Shown here: piece by piece, positions 9,269 to 22,200 of the stretch
Layout: every line of letters begins with the position of its first letter
Numbering within the stretch: position 1 is the first letter of the stretch
Source: Phoronis australis
Taxonomy: Eukaryota > Animalia > Phoronida
Reading direction: 5' to 3'
Length of the DNA: 64,000 nt
Assembly (NCBI GenBank): GCA_002633005.1
Contig: NMRA01000248.1
Location: forward strand, 1-64,000
The notes under the pieces: model-generated
Told to the model about the DNA's origin: nothing
Database searches by the model: none
Seen by the model: the letters and a program-made list of their open reading frames with translations, nothing else
Program-made: the position numbers and the translations under genes

Positions 9269-12200
9269 CAGTCAGTGATTTGAAGAATGATTTCTCTGTC
9301 GATAATGGAGAATTCTTTTAAAGGTTGCTCAGTGGGCTTTAGAAGTTCACGGCTGTGTACAGGTTTAGTTACCTGGCACAGTGAACCAGATTTTACAGTT
9401 TGCCCTAACAATCGATTCACTAATAAGAACTAAACGTTCTCTTTCATTAACACTGTCGTCTTCACAATCCCCAAAAGTCTTTAACAAGCGATGTCGAGAG
9501 TTTTCAGTTGAAGAAATGCTAGGACCATGACGCCATTCGACTCACTGTGAGATGTGCAGTTAATTTCAGCTTCGGAGCGAGAAACGTCAGCTAAGCTTAC
9601 GCCAGAAATGGGTTGTGCCAATTCCTGCAAGATATTCGATTACAGCTTGCAGTACTTGATCAGAGGTAGTTCTTGCTTCGATATCGCGAAGCTTCATCGC
9701 GTTTGAGACGTCATGTGCTATCTGCTGCATTCTCAATACCCGGTTGATACTCAACACCGAAACGATACTTCTGCAGATCCATCAAATAGCCTTGTAATAC
9801 GTCTGACAGATGGCTTGCATGTGCAATTGTTGAACAGGGGTACCAACTGTTGACCACCAGTAACAATTTTGAAGTATTTTCCAAACAGATACAAGTGATA
9901 TCACTTGATGGCCTAGTAGATCGACAAGGCTTCTCAATCAATTTGCGCATACGGTAGATGATTAGTTACAGCTCGCATAGTGAAACAGGTCTGATGTGTG
10001 ATCATTTGGTCCTTTCAGAATGCGTCCATACAAAAACATTCCTGATTTCAACAAAAGACTCTGTTCTTCATCATTCCACTTCCATGGTTGGACTCTGTGA
10101 GTCAGCATTCTCACGGGCCTGGTGACGGTAGCACAATCTCGGATATATCGTGAGCAGAACAATGCAGAGCTTAAGAAGCTTCTTTCTTCGGGAACATTGG
10201 TAGTTGGTCTTAGAGAATGGATAAGTTCAATTTTCTTTGAATCAGACGACATGTTTAAAGGAAATCATACTCAAGGTGCAAAAAACGACACTTCTGGGGG
10301 TTGACTTTCAGGTTACGATGAGCTTGAGATATTCAAGCTCTTGTCGCAGGTGCCTGTCATGCTCATCTAAGTTTCTTTCCGCAATGCAGATGTCATCGCA
10401 TACATTCTTCACTCCTGGAATGCCAACTATTGTTTCACTTATAATTTTCTGGAAAACCTCAACAGGACACGACATTCTTAAGTCCAGCCCCTTGTATCGC
10501 CGCAGTCCAGTATGGGTAGATAATGTAGTTAGACTCCGCGATTAAAAATTGAGTGAGATCTGATGTTAGCCATGTTTAAAATCAATCTTACTGAACACCC
10601 GGCACCCTTTAAGGTCAGCTACGACGTCACCGATCGCTGGGACGATGTGACGCTCTCGCACATTCGTACGTCATCGGAGTTGGTATCTTTAGGAACTACA
10701 ACAATAGATGATATTCAGGTAGTTGGATCATCTGCTCTTTCTATGACGTCATCGTCTTCGAGCTCTTTCAGTTTCTCTTCTAACTTGATGCAAACTTAAA
10801 ACGGAATTTTGCTGAAAGGTCGATAGACTGGTGGATTCATTGACATGTACTCTAACGGGTTCCCACTTACGTGATCCGGTTGCCTCTGTTATCTAAGGGA
10901 ATACCTAGAGAACACTGTTGTCTTTTGAAGAGTCAGATATAGCATTTGGGACCTGCAAGAGCTTCGGATCTTGAAAAGTCGTCCAGCTTAGAAATGAGAC
11001 GCAAGGTCCCTTGGTTATTAACATGCCACAAACGATCGACGGTGGTTCGAGACCGCTTTAGCTTTAGACTCACCCACAAGGTGGTGTTGACATATACTGG
11101 TATACCTTTGAAGTAGAATTTTTCAGGCGGAGGCGATTAGGAATCTTCATGTAGTAGATGAGGTGGAGTATTTTTACAGAATCTTCAATGCAAGGGAACG
11201 GGTAACCTTCAATGAACACAAGTCGAACTGTGGCTTGTTTCTCACTTCATTGGTTACGACGAACAAGTTCTTATCTTTGGTTGCCACCATAGGCTATGGT
11301 ACATGGATCGCCATTTCCGTATATTTCAATGGACGAAATCTGTGAACTTACGCATAAGCCGTGAGTCATTATTCACTAGCGACATCTGGCAGATATGGCA
11401 CGTATTACTTCTGGCAAGTATGTCGTCTGCTAATCATGGTCATTTCGTCGGGATTTGGATCAGCGATTTTGCACAATTCACATCCACATTTAAATAAATT
11501 GAACGCTCATAAAATGTTAACTTCATAAATAAAGCTCATACTAATACTCCAGAAATAAGCACCAGGCCTACTCAAAAAACAATCTCGCACTTCAACAGCA
11601 GTTTACTTGACGTTTCATTTTAAGCTCGAATGCACATCGGTACCGCTCAAACTTTTCTAAACTCTAGTGTTGGAAGACAGTCGAGCACCCAGTTGATACA
11701 TACATACATACATATATATATATGTACTGGAGAGACAGATAACAAAGGGGTTTTGGAAATCAGTGGCAACCAGGGCGCCTATAGTCGGGCAAAAAGGTAT
11801 GTCATAGGATCTCTCGACCGGTTCAAGTACGCCTATGGTCAATGCCGATTGGTAGAAAAACAGGAAAACGATTTTCCTTATATCCTAAAAGGTATAGTCT
11901 TGTTTAAAAAAAAAGCCCCTGGAAATTAACATGTGTATGGGCTTGTACCGAAAAGCTTCTAAAACAGGGATTCTAAATTCCAGTAGATGCCAGTCTCAAA
12001 TGAAACAGTCGAAATTTGTACCCTGAACTTAAACGCATTTACACTTGTATTTTATCCACCATCTGATTTCATGCTTTGCAAGATGTCTATAATAACGTGC
12101 CACCACCTTGGAGCAGACAATTTGCAAAGACAATTCTTCTGTTTGTCTTCGTTTTGGTCCAGTAATTGACCTATCGCAAGTTCCGTACCCTTGCGAATAG

Positions 12201-13610
12201 TGACAAACAAACAATAAGTTTTACCCGAAAACGTGTTATTTGTCGAGTAAAATAGCAGCTTGGAAACGAAGGTGTATCAAGAATGCTGCGTTCTGATTGG
12301 TCAGTTAAAGCGTCATTAAAAATTCTGTCGATAGGTCAATTAATAAACGCTGGCACGTCTGCCATAAGTAAGTGACCGGGATTTATCCAGAAAAGCTTTA
12401 GAGTAAGAGGAATTTTACGGTATTTGTCTTGGAAATAGCACTTTGTAAATTTTTACCAATGGGCCACGATCCCGATTTAAATCCTTCTCATATGTCATTC
12501 CCGCTGTTTTGAAGTGAATGCTCCGCCACTGAGCCGCGTTACACTGTTTAAGTTTTCTTTTACGTTTTATTTTGACACCATCGTGTTTTCTATGAAATGA
12601 TAAAAAATGAATGGGCCACAGACTTAGTTTTTGAGGTAATATAGAATATGCAATGTGCTCTTCTGAAATGTCACATTCACCCCGCTGCATTTCATTTGCT
12701 AGCGATTACATAATGTCGGGTTTGTAAAGTAAATCTAGTTATTGAGAACAATCTAAGACGAGAACCTTATTTAACTAATTCAAATTAACCGTTTGTATTT
12801 AGAGTGTTCGTTTTAACTTACAGTTGATCTCAAAACAAATAATATTGCATTGTGCGTTTTGGTCTTTTCCTACTAAAATTCTGCCAAAATGTACGGGTCA
12901 TCGAATTAGTTTTTCATATACAGCTGCCAAACAAAAGAACTTCTGGCAAAAATGTGAAGTGTACATGGCTTATTGAAAAGCCACCAACAAAAGAGAACAG
13001 TCATCAGATGTTTAGGATGTCTAGGACAGCTCTTAGCGAGATCTGGATACGAAATTTCTGAGGAGCCCTCAAATAACCGCTGAACTAGAATGAGCTAGAG
13101 TTCAGCGAATCGAAAATTCGAAAAATGGCTATCTCTGCAATACTGATGCTGATGAATCCATTTCCAACATTTTGTCTGTAGTACCTCGTACATTTGTATT
13201 GGTATGTCCATTTTCACACAAGAAAAGCGACAACTTGCTAGGCAGAAAAGGTCAAATTAAGTAAGGATCCGGGTTTGACGGGTGTGTTTTATATAACGTG
13301 TCAGATGAAGACAGCAAGATGACGAGGTGAAGGCGGTAGTGAAATAATGAATTATTCATAGACTTGCTGCAAATCGAAAATAGAAATTCAACGTAGCAAT
13401 CGCTTAAAATCGCGAGCGTCTTGTAAACATGCGACAAAGCCAGACCTTTTCATCATTTATAAACGGTTGTTACGCGTATTCAAGAACCAATTTTCCACGA
13501 ATGGCGTATGTGTTTTTAGACGTCAGAGAGAGGGTGTCGAAATCATATATTATTAACTCTTTCTGCGCACTTGCAGGATTCCGATGCTATTACACATGTA
13601 TAGTGATCAG

Positions 13611-13915
13611 TGCCCGGTTGCATGTAAGAGTCCCAAATTGGGACTCAACTAACTTCCCCGAATCTTTTGCATATTTGTTTTGTTCTATACTCACTGGTAT
13701 AGCGTTTTTTCAATAATTATATTTTATTATGACCTCTTCTTTAACTAATGACGTTCTCTAGTAATACAACTGAACACTGGGCCCTTAATTCAGTCAAAAT
13801 AATTAGGCACTTAGTCCTTAAACTAGGGGCGTTGCATCAAAAGTTCCCTACATAATTTCGATAATATTGAGAACTCTCTGAGTCCGTATTTGGGACTGCT
13901 TCATGCAACTGGGCA
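13611..13915. mobile_element. Harbinger/PIF-like MITE
   Basis: TIR TGCCCGGTTGCATG...AGTCCCAAAT matches ATTTGGGACT...CATGCAACTGGGCA; 3-bp TSD CAG on both sides. Confidence 0.8.
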
Positions 13916-16857
13916 CAGAGATCATCTAGAGACTAAAACAAGAATAAAATTTAAAGAAAAACCGTTCTATTAGTATGGCATATAGCAGTACACCTGAGGT
14001 TATGTGGAACCCTAAAAAATGAACAACTTAAGCTAAATTTGGAACATTTTAGAAATGGCTGATCGGATTCATATGAAACTTTCAGGTAATGTGCTTACAC
14101 AATATTCTCCAAATTGCTATTAGGAATTGTTACATTTTTGCATGTGGAGTTATCAAAATTAGGAATTATGCTTTTTCTAAAAAAAAACAATAAAAAATTG
14201 TATGGTATAAAACGGAAACAAAAGGATCGATTAAGATACAGTAACAAAATTTTTGGGAAATATCTCGAGCACCTGTATCATTTTATAAATTGCTATCGCC
14301 GTTTTAGTATTATTGTACATTTTTGCTATATTTTACTGTAATACATGGTCAAGTGACCAACTAAATTAATGGGACATTGTATAAAGTTAACAATCAAATT
14401 CCACTGATTTATTCTTTAGAAAACTTTTACTGAGTTAAAATCTATAGTTTTGTTGCAATTTCTATAAATACACACACGTCTCTCCTTGATGATGTCTACG
14501 TTTTTCCGCTTATCGTTCCCATTAGCATCAGCGCCCATCATTTTCTACCTGACATCAGTTGTCTCCTACTGCATCCAAATTCAGCTCAGCCACCATATGT
14601 TGTTATAAATAAATAAAGGCTGAATGAGGATACAAGACATTCCGCCATTGCTCACCGAATTGGATAATCTAACAAAGCACGTGATTGTAAGTCAGTGTTA
14701 GCATGGGGTGGACGCGACACGATGACCGCGCCTCCAAATAATTCCAGCCGCGATGTAAGATATTATATGCTAATGTTGGCTTACAAGGAAAATAAAGCGG
14801 ACACAGCAAAAGTTAAACTGTCACTTGAACGGAAAAGATTGTCGAATTCGTCCAATAGTTGGCGGGTGCTGTCCTTCGCCGTTAACTGAAGAACGGCTGC
14901 CAAAATCGTGATTATCGTTAACGGGATTTGGAAAATAGACAAATAGATGCCAAACAAGCAAGAACAGGAAACTGAAATTGCCACTGAATGACGCAGTATT
15001 AGTTGATTGTTACAAAAAAATACACGTGCTTTCCTATACGTCACGGTAGTGCGTATTCTAAAATGTGCTAACTACTTAAACACATAGAATATACAGCGGA
15101 AAAGAAGATTGTTTCAGTAAAGATGTATTAAATAAAATACCCAAACGCCTGGACGTACCCATCCTAGACTAGTTTCTTATCTCTTTTAACGAAGGCTGGC
15201 CGTCCCAACAAGGGAACATAGCAGTCACCCCAACAATAGTTCCTTTTTAACAAAAGTGGTATCGAAATACCACAGACTGTACATGTCTTATATTGGTTAT
15301 AGGATACGTAGAGGGTTGAGAAATTTTAGACTCCAAATAATTAGCTTTGTACGGAACAATAATGAAACGAATGGCAAACGATGCTTTACATATATTATGT
15401 TCTCTACAACTTTTTTAAAACGTGAAACTACACAACAAACAGGCTGGTCACCTCAGTAACTTTCTAAACAAGCAAGTCAGTAAGGTCAGAAAACTGACTT
15501 TGTTTTAGTTAACACAAAGCTTGCGTGCTTGGTGACGAAACGAGGCTATGTCCCTCTTTCTTCAATTACGGCACCTGATCGATTGTCTATAAGAAAAACC
15601 AGCATGGCAGAACCTTGGGCAAAAACAATTTATTGAAAATACACATTATCTTGGAAAAAGGCTTTCAAGTCCACATATACAATAGTCTTGTTTCAGGTTT
15701 TTATTGGACATGACACATTCCACAAGACGACAAAACACATAAACATTGCGCTATAATAAGTATCACCATGCCACAGTAACATCCAAATTGTCGCGTCAGT
15801 TTCTGGTTGTAATGATTTAATGTTCTAGTGAAATTCAAGCCAAACAGAGCTTGATGAAGAGTAGCATTCCTTTGCCCAACTCATGGCTACTAGAGTTTTC
15901 CATCAACGTAATGCGACGGCAAAAAGCTCGACTATGTCCAAACGTTTATTGATAATGGTCAGTGTTATCATTTTGATAACAGCATGTAATAAAAAAATCG
16001 ACTTTGATTTTTGCCATTTCATCAAAAAACGTAATACTCAATGCACGACATATATCCTATATTTATTTTACATATACCTTATACAGAATCCATGTTTGTG
16101 TACTTTTCGATGAGACTGTTTCTTTTCCATTATCTCCTATCCAGCATCATCGTGCTGCGTTCCTTAGATCCAAAGACATAACCTTGTACTTGTGGTAAAA
16201 AATCTTCACTTACGTAACGAACATATGTTATTTTGTAGTACACGCGAACGCGAAATTTCATGAAGTACTTTCAGTTGATATTCTTTCACAGGAAACCTTT
16301 GATAATTGGAATAGTTTATATCTTTCGTGTTCATGTATGCCCGTTCACAGTTTTCCACGTTTTCCGGAAAGCGGTTGTGCAGATTGATGCAAGAATAAAC
16401 AGGAAACATCATATTTACAAAATAAGCAAGAAAAAATGCCTGCCTGGGGACATACTGCATTTCATCATGGAAGATTGGAATATCTGAAATTGCTTGCAAG
16501 TGCATAGCTAAGTTTACTTTTGTCAAACATAATGATATGATTCATCAGGAATTTTGACACTTATGTATAATTCCCTCTACATATCGAATCGCCATAAAAT
16601 GCTAATCATCCTTCACTTAGATTTTTGCGCTGCAGAATGCGGGGGGCGGGGGGAGGGTTTGCGCTCAGCTGTCATCTACATGTACTGTGGCTACCGAGTC
16701 TCTAGAATGGCTACAAACGAACGCACAAACTATCTGTTTGTGAGTTTGTAATGTTAAGTATATACGCAATCCCACAGGCTGACACTTGACACCCGCTTTT
16801 GCATGTTATTGATACGATTTTAATAATTTTAACTGTACACCATCTTAATTATTTTAA

Positions 16858-17829
16858 AGTGTACACAACATGACTCTAGTACCTCAAAATAAATTTTATT
16901 ATTTTATGTTACTTGATTTCAGTGCCTTTAGTGCACAGCTCATAAAGAAACACGCAAAAATTGAAAAAAGTAATAATTATGTACTACGTCATGGGTTGAA
17001 CCCAAGTCGTTCGCAATACTGTTCGGATCAGAGACAAAGTGTATAGAGTGAAGAGAAAGCAAAGTACATTTAGCGTCGAGAAGGTTCGTAGAGGGATCAA
17101 AAGATGTGTTTCCGGAGGCTGCAGCAACAGCAGCCAGGCGGAAAACGTCTCGGTGTTCCGAAGGACACCAAAGTTGCGCAGAAGTGGCATGGCTTCGTGC
17201 GCCGAACGAGAGTGTGGCCACTGTGGGACGTCATCGTGGACCAAGCGATTCGGTCCGGGGCCACTCTGTGTTCTGCCAACTTTGAGGACTCGTGTTTCGA
17301 CTCCAGTCACAGGAGACGTTACGATGAAGGCCTGGTTCAATAAGGGACAATATTTATCATTCGGAAACATCAGCTCTTAATTCAGGAAAGTCTGTTGGAT
17401 GACTGGGTTGACTCGCCGAGCCCGAGGCCGCTTCTCTCGCGGGAGGATCCAGTTCATAAGGCTCAAAGTAGAAAAGTACGCAGCCGGAAGCACATTAAAC
17501 TTGTTGTCGCTTTCGTCCAACCCCATTTCCTCATCCTGGCCACCATTCCCGTACGTTTCTTCATAGTATTCGTTCAATTCTTGCTCATAATCGTCGTCAC
17601 TTTCAAATTCATTGGTCTCCGCCATTGTTCAATGCTAGTCACCGATCTCTTGTGTTCAACCCATGACGTCACATGGCGGGAAATGTGAAAATTGGCAAAA
17701 TTGAAAGAAAAATCAAAATTTCGAGCTAATTACACAAAATAAACATGGGTTTAGCTAAATTTTACGTCATGCATTTAGTCTGTGGCCACCGGTAATTCAA
17801 AATGTGCAAAAATCCATGGTGTGTACTGT
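16858..17829 (+). mobile_element. Kolobok-like DNA transposon, internal-deletion derivative
   Basis: TTAA on both flanks (16854-57, 17830-33) and a 15-bp TIR with 12/15 match. Frameshifted THAP on + (RCVSGGCSN...PKD...KW...LCSANF, ~17102-17300). A convergent acidic ORF start on - (17625 down) has FYFEP at 17473-17459 after a frameshift. Confidence 0.7.
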
Positions 17830-19189
17830 TTAAAAGATGGCAAATGCGAGCTCGACTCGAGCAAGTATAGAGAGAACAAAAATCTGAGAACGCAACTATA
17901 CGTCTTCTCGTCAGTTTTGTTAATGGTCAGAAAATGCGATTTGGGCATATTCTAGGTATTCTGCATCATTTTTTGCTTCACTGTTTTAGAAATAAAAATA
18001 TTCAGTGGTATGTCTGTTGTCAAATCGTGGCATGCATTAATTCTGTATTATAAAGTTAACATTTTTCATGAAGTCGAAATTAACTGCTAAGCATACCCAC
18101 TTTCTTAAATTTTGTGACGGTCGCAAAAAGTAGACGAGATGGTAGTGATTATGCCAACAGCAGGACACTAAACCTCACCAGACACCCGTAATAGTCAATA
18201 AAGTTTCGCAGTTAACTTTGTGGTTTTCCGCTAATTCTTGTGATTTGTTATAATCCTAATGAATAGCTAATAACTACCTCACTTGACAATAGAGCTGTTC
18301 GCTTATCGCTAAGAGACTTGTCAATAGATAGAGTACTTGCTCTGAAGTACTTGGTGAAAGTCCCCCAGTGACTGATCTAAGTGACCCAAGTAGCGGAAGA
18401 CAAACATCGCGGGATAATTTTCACCTGGGTCCAAACGCAGTCACGCACGACAAAAAATTGTTGCTAAACGCGCAAACAAACATTGATTTTTCATTTACAT
18501 TGTAAGTTCAATTTTAACTTTAGACTGTGCACCGTGAACACTGACCTACTTCATAAATTGCTTTGGTGACGATTTCACTTGTCACGCTGTGTTGGTTTTT
18601 TCTTTCAAGTATACGCTTATGTTCTACGGAGGCCATGGAGAGAAACGCGGCTTTGCGCGTGTAGCCTTCTACTCTTAGCATCCGTTACGGCTTCACGCTG
18701 ATTGAATACCGTGTTAAACCATGGGGAAGTGATAAATACGTTAATGACCTAGCCGATCACACGCCCGGTGTGCGCGAAAGGCGGGAGAGTTATGCGACAA
18801 CACGTGACGTGAGGCAGTGCGGGTGTGAGTCCTTCTGCGTGCTATAATCATTTCAAGTGTGGCGGTGTTCTATCTAATCAAGCGAAGGAGGCTCTCAATA
18901 AATACGAGTGGCAGAATGCTACCAGCACACAACTGAGTTTGAGCGAGCAACGATAAGACGTGATTTTTCAGTATTTTTTCACCGGAGATCTTGCAATCGC
19001 AATCATCACAGCAAACATTGACTGCACACACTTGTTTTTCGAACTACGAATTGGCTCCTGTCATATCAATGCCAGATACTCGTTGACACGGGGAGTTTTG
19101 AGGTAGCAAAGAAAAGACGGAGTGAGCGTTGTGTGAAGAAAAATTCGAAGTGTACTCAAGCCTAGTTGGCGTAAACATTTACAACGAAC

Positions 19190-19265
19190 ATGAAAGCTGT
19201 TCCACTTTTGTTAATACCGGTTATTATGCTACTGTTTGTTCACACGTGTACATCATTCCCGGCAG
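19190..19265 (+). CDS. Candidate first coding exon (signal peptide)
   Basis: MKAVPLLLIPVIMLLFVHTCTSFPA has n/h/c regions and ends at a consensus donor CAG|GTGAGT, phase 1. Confidence 0.6.
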
Positions 19266-22200
19266 GTGAGTTGAATTGTAGTTTAAGTATTCTAGCTTGC
19301 CTAGACAAAATGTATTTCCTTGTAATACTTACGGTCTAAACATGGGAATCCAGAACTGGACAACAAATTGGTCTCATTTTTACCTAATTAATATCTAACA
19401 TCGAAGTGAATTGATAGACCACTCGTCAAATTTGATGGCATATTGGTATTTCTTTTACCAAGCGATACACTGAATGGTTTGTTTTAGCACGGACACCATT
19501 TTCTATCACAGGATGGAAGGATTTGGGACACATTTTGCCTACTAGACTACCATGATTTAGAATCAGTGATTTTCGCAAGCGAGGAGAGCATGCCCTTCCA
19601 CTCAAGAGTCGTATTAGGGATGCAGACAATCACGATCTTGTATTGATAAAAAAGATTTTGATATTCAAAGAAACTAGGGTTTCGAAACTCATGCATGAAT
19701 TTCCGTTGAACAACGTTCGTCAAAGCTCACCAAATTTCAATCAAATAATCGTCATTAATTAGCGGCTCAAAACATTATAATTCCAAGTAAGTACAACAAT
19801 GCCCTTACGTGTTAGAAACACTTTTACATGTAGTGCACAATAGAGTAAAAAATATAATAAAATAAACACCAGCTAAGTAATGAAAGGTGGAGAGCAGTGT
19901 GGAGGTTTTTATTCCGTCGAAATCCAATTGAAGTTCACGTTTATTCAAATCTATTGCTAACGACTTAGTTATTTACAAATATAGTCTTTGGGATTTGGTC
20001 ACGATAGAGTTGGGGCTTTATGTTCTGGGAACATATTTTGATCTTTTAAAATTAGTTTACAGTGGCCATATAGATTGTGCTATGAGTCAATAACAATAAA
20101 ATGAATGATGTTTTAGCTGTCGTCATGATTTTGTGTCAAGAAAGTGCTTTAAATGCTAATTATTGGTGTAGATATTTTGGTTTCGCAGTTAATGAATTTT
20201 AACGTCCGACTATCACGTCAGAAATGTAAATTCACAGGGCATGCCGATATGGAGTGCTTGATGATATTTTTATGCTCATTAATTCGTATTTTGCCTAGGC
20301 CCAGCGTTTTCATTGTCATAGCCATGCGTTACTTCTTATTAGAAAAATGGTTGCTTCGCAATCGTGGTACGTTGAAACGAACGACGATCGAGTTTTGTGC
20401 TACGTGTGCTGGAAGCCAACTGGGCGCTGATTGCGGTTGAACAAATTCACGTTTGTACGTTTCGCGTCGTATGCGGCAAGCTTAACGCCTAGTTTTATAA
20501 TTGCGTTTGGATTACCCGTGGGAATAATGATTTATGACTCACCTAAGACAAATTGCTAAGTTGCTCACACGAGAATAGAAAGTTCCACAGACCTAACCCT
20601 CCACCTGAGATTACTTGCTGAATCATTCATGTAAAGGCCACCGTTGACTCATTGGGCGAGTTGCAGTAGCCAAACAGTTGGCAAGAAAATGGATTGATGA
20701 TATGAGTCCCAAGGCGGATTCAAAGCCACGAGTTCACGAGTTCGCGGACCAACTCTGTTAGTTTAGCTTAACCCCAATCGGTATACAGCAAGAGTATTTC
20801 AAGCGTATTTACTTAATTAGTCGCCCGCCTAGACTTCAGCGAATGACTGGCAGCCAACGGCGCGAGTTGTGTATTTGTAATACATGTAAAATCACTAAAC
20901 ACTACGGATTTTGTTGTACTATGGATCTGGTCAAAATGAACAACTTCAATAAGCTTATCCAACCCAACAATTATTCTAAAAATGCGTTTTTCGGTGGTAA
21001 AGCTGATCCTGTCCCTTTAGCCATTTTTTAAGTATAATATCGGGCTTATAATTATACATTGGTACTTAAGCAGCTATGAATAAGCATAAGCCGCATACAG
21101 GTTATTCATTTTGATTGTCTAGTTTTCATTGTATGTCGAGCAGATACCGTGCACGCATCCTAATTAGCTTCATCACGCTATTTTCGGAGAATCGGGCCGC
21201 TATTACAAAGAAAATATTCAGTGAAACGTTGCCTCTAAGAAATCAATGTAGTCGACTACAGCTAAAGGTTTCGTGTTCTTTATGGAAATTTAGAGGCTTG
21301 ACGACCGCTTCGCCATCTTTGGTTGATAACGGGAACTGAAAGGCTTCCATCAATTTGAATTGATGAACAAGAATTTAAATGTTATTAATTTGATTGAGCA
21401 ATATTGTATTATAAGTTAATCATATACTTGCTGGGATTAGTATTGTTCCTCGGAATCGTGTTACGAAACAAATGTAAAAGTTTAGAGATAACTTGGATGT
21501 AGAAAACGTAATAAATGGCATGTCAACTTGAATTACGCCCGTTGTCAACCATGCGATTAATCTTAAAATTATTACTCATACTCCCACTGCGGGCCAAATC
21601 CTTGGAAAGTGGCAAAGGAAATGAAACAATAACATTCCCAGATTGTTCTATAATGTTGGCAATTTTGTTTCGAAGTTAAATAAGGCAGCAAAATTGAACG
21701 TATACCCTGTTTAACTTTTACCAAACGTCTAGAGAGGAGAAAGAGCTCACCAAACCGTGTCACGACACCAAGTCAGCTTTATTAGCCAATATACTCCCTA
21801 GCAGTCAATCTCATCAATAACAATTCAAACATTAATTTCTTATTGAGAGTAACTTATTGACAACTAAGCCCGTAGTTGTCAAAGTAGACACTGTCGTACT
21901 CACTTCGTACATGGAAATCAAAAAAACAGGTGCGTGGTCCAAACGTAATTCAGTGTGTCTGTTATGGAAACTTATCTGAATGTACGTGTAAGCCCCGGGA
22001 CTAGATTTTAAAGCAATAATTATGCTGTTATAGTTTGTGTTGTTTTGCGATATGGACAGTTTGCAACACAAACAAGGCTTTGTGGAAAACAGAACTGTTT
22101 TGTTTCAGACATATATTGTATAATTTTATGTCCAGCTGCTACGCGATAGTTAAATTACGTAGAATCTAATGCAATGTAGGTGATCACTGCTAACGTCATC

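Larger units (their letters stand above)
8555..11290 (-). mobile_element. Degenerate Gypsy/Ty3 LTR retrotransposon pol (RT, RNase H, integrase), interrupted by the TRIM
   Basis: Minus-strand remnants: RT EVFQKIISETIVGIPGVKNVCDDICIA (~10380-10465), connection PWKWNDEEQ (~10070), RNase H end KYRFGVEYQPGIENAAD (~9720-9770), integrase ITDCCSRYPIVE...IFATFGTPEALKIDRG (~9290 to 8620). The order RT-RH-IN indicates Gypsy. Many stops and frameshifts; outer limits approximate. Confidence 0.85.
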
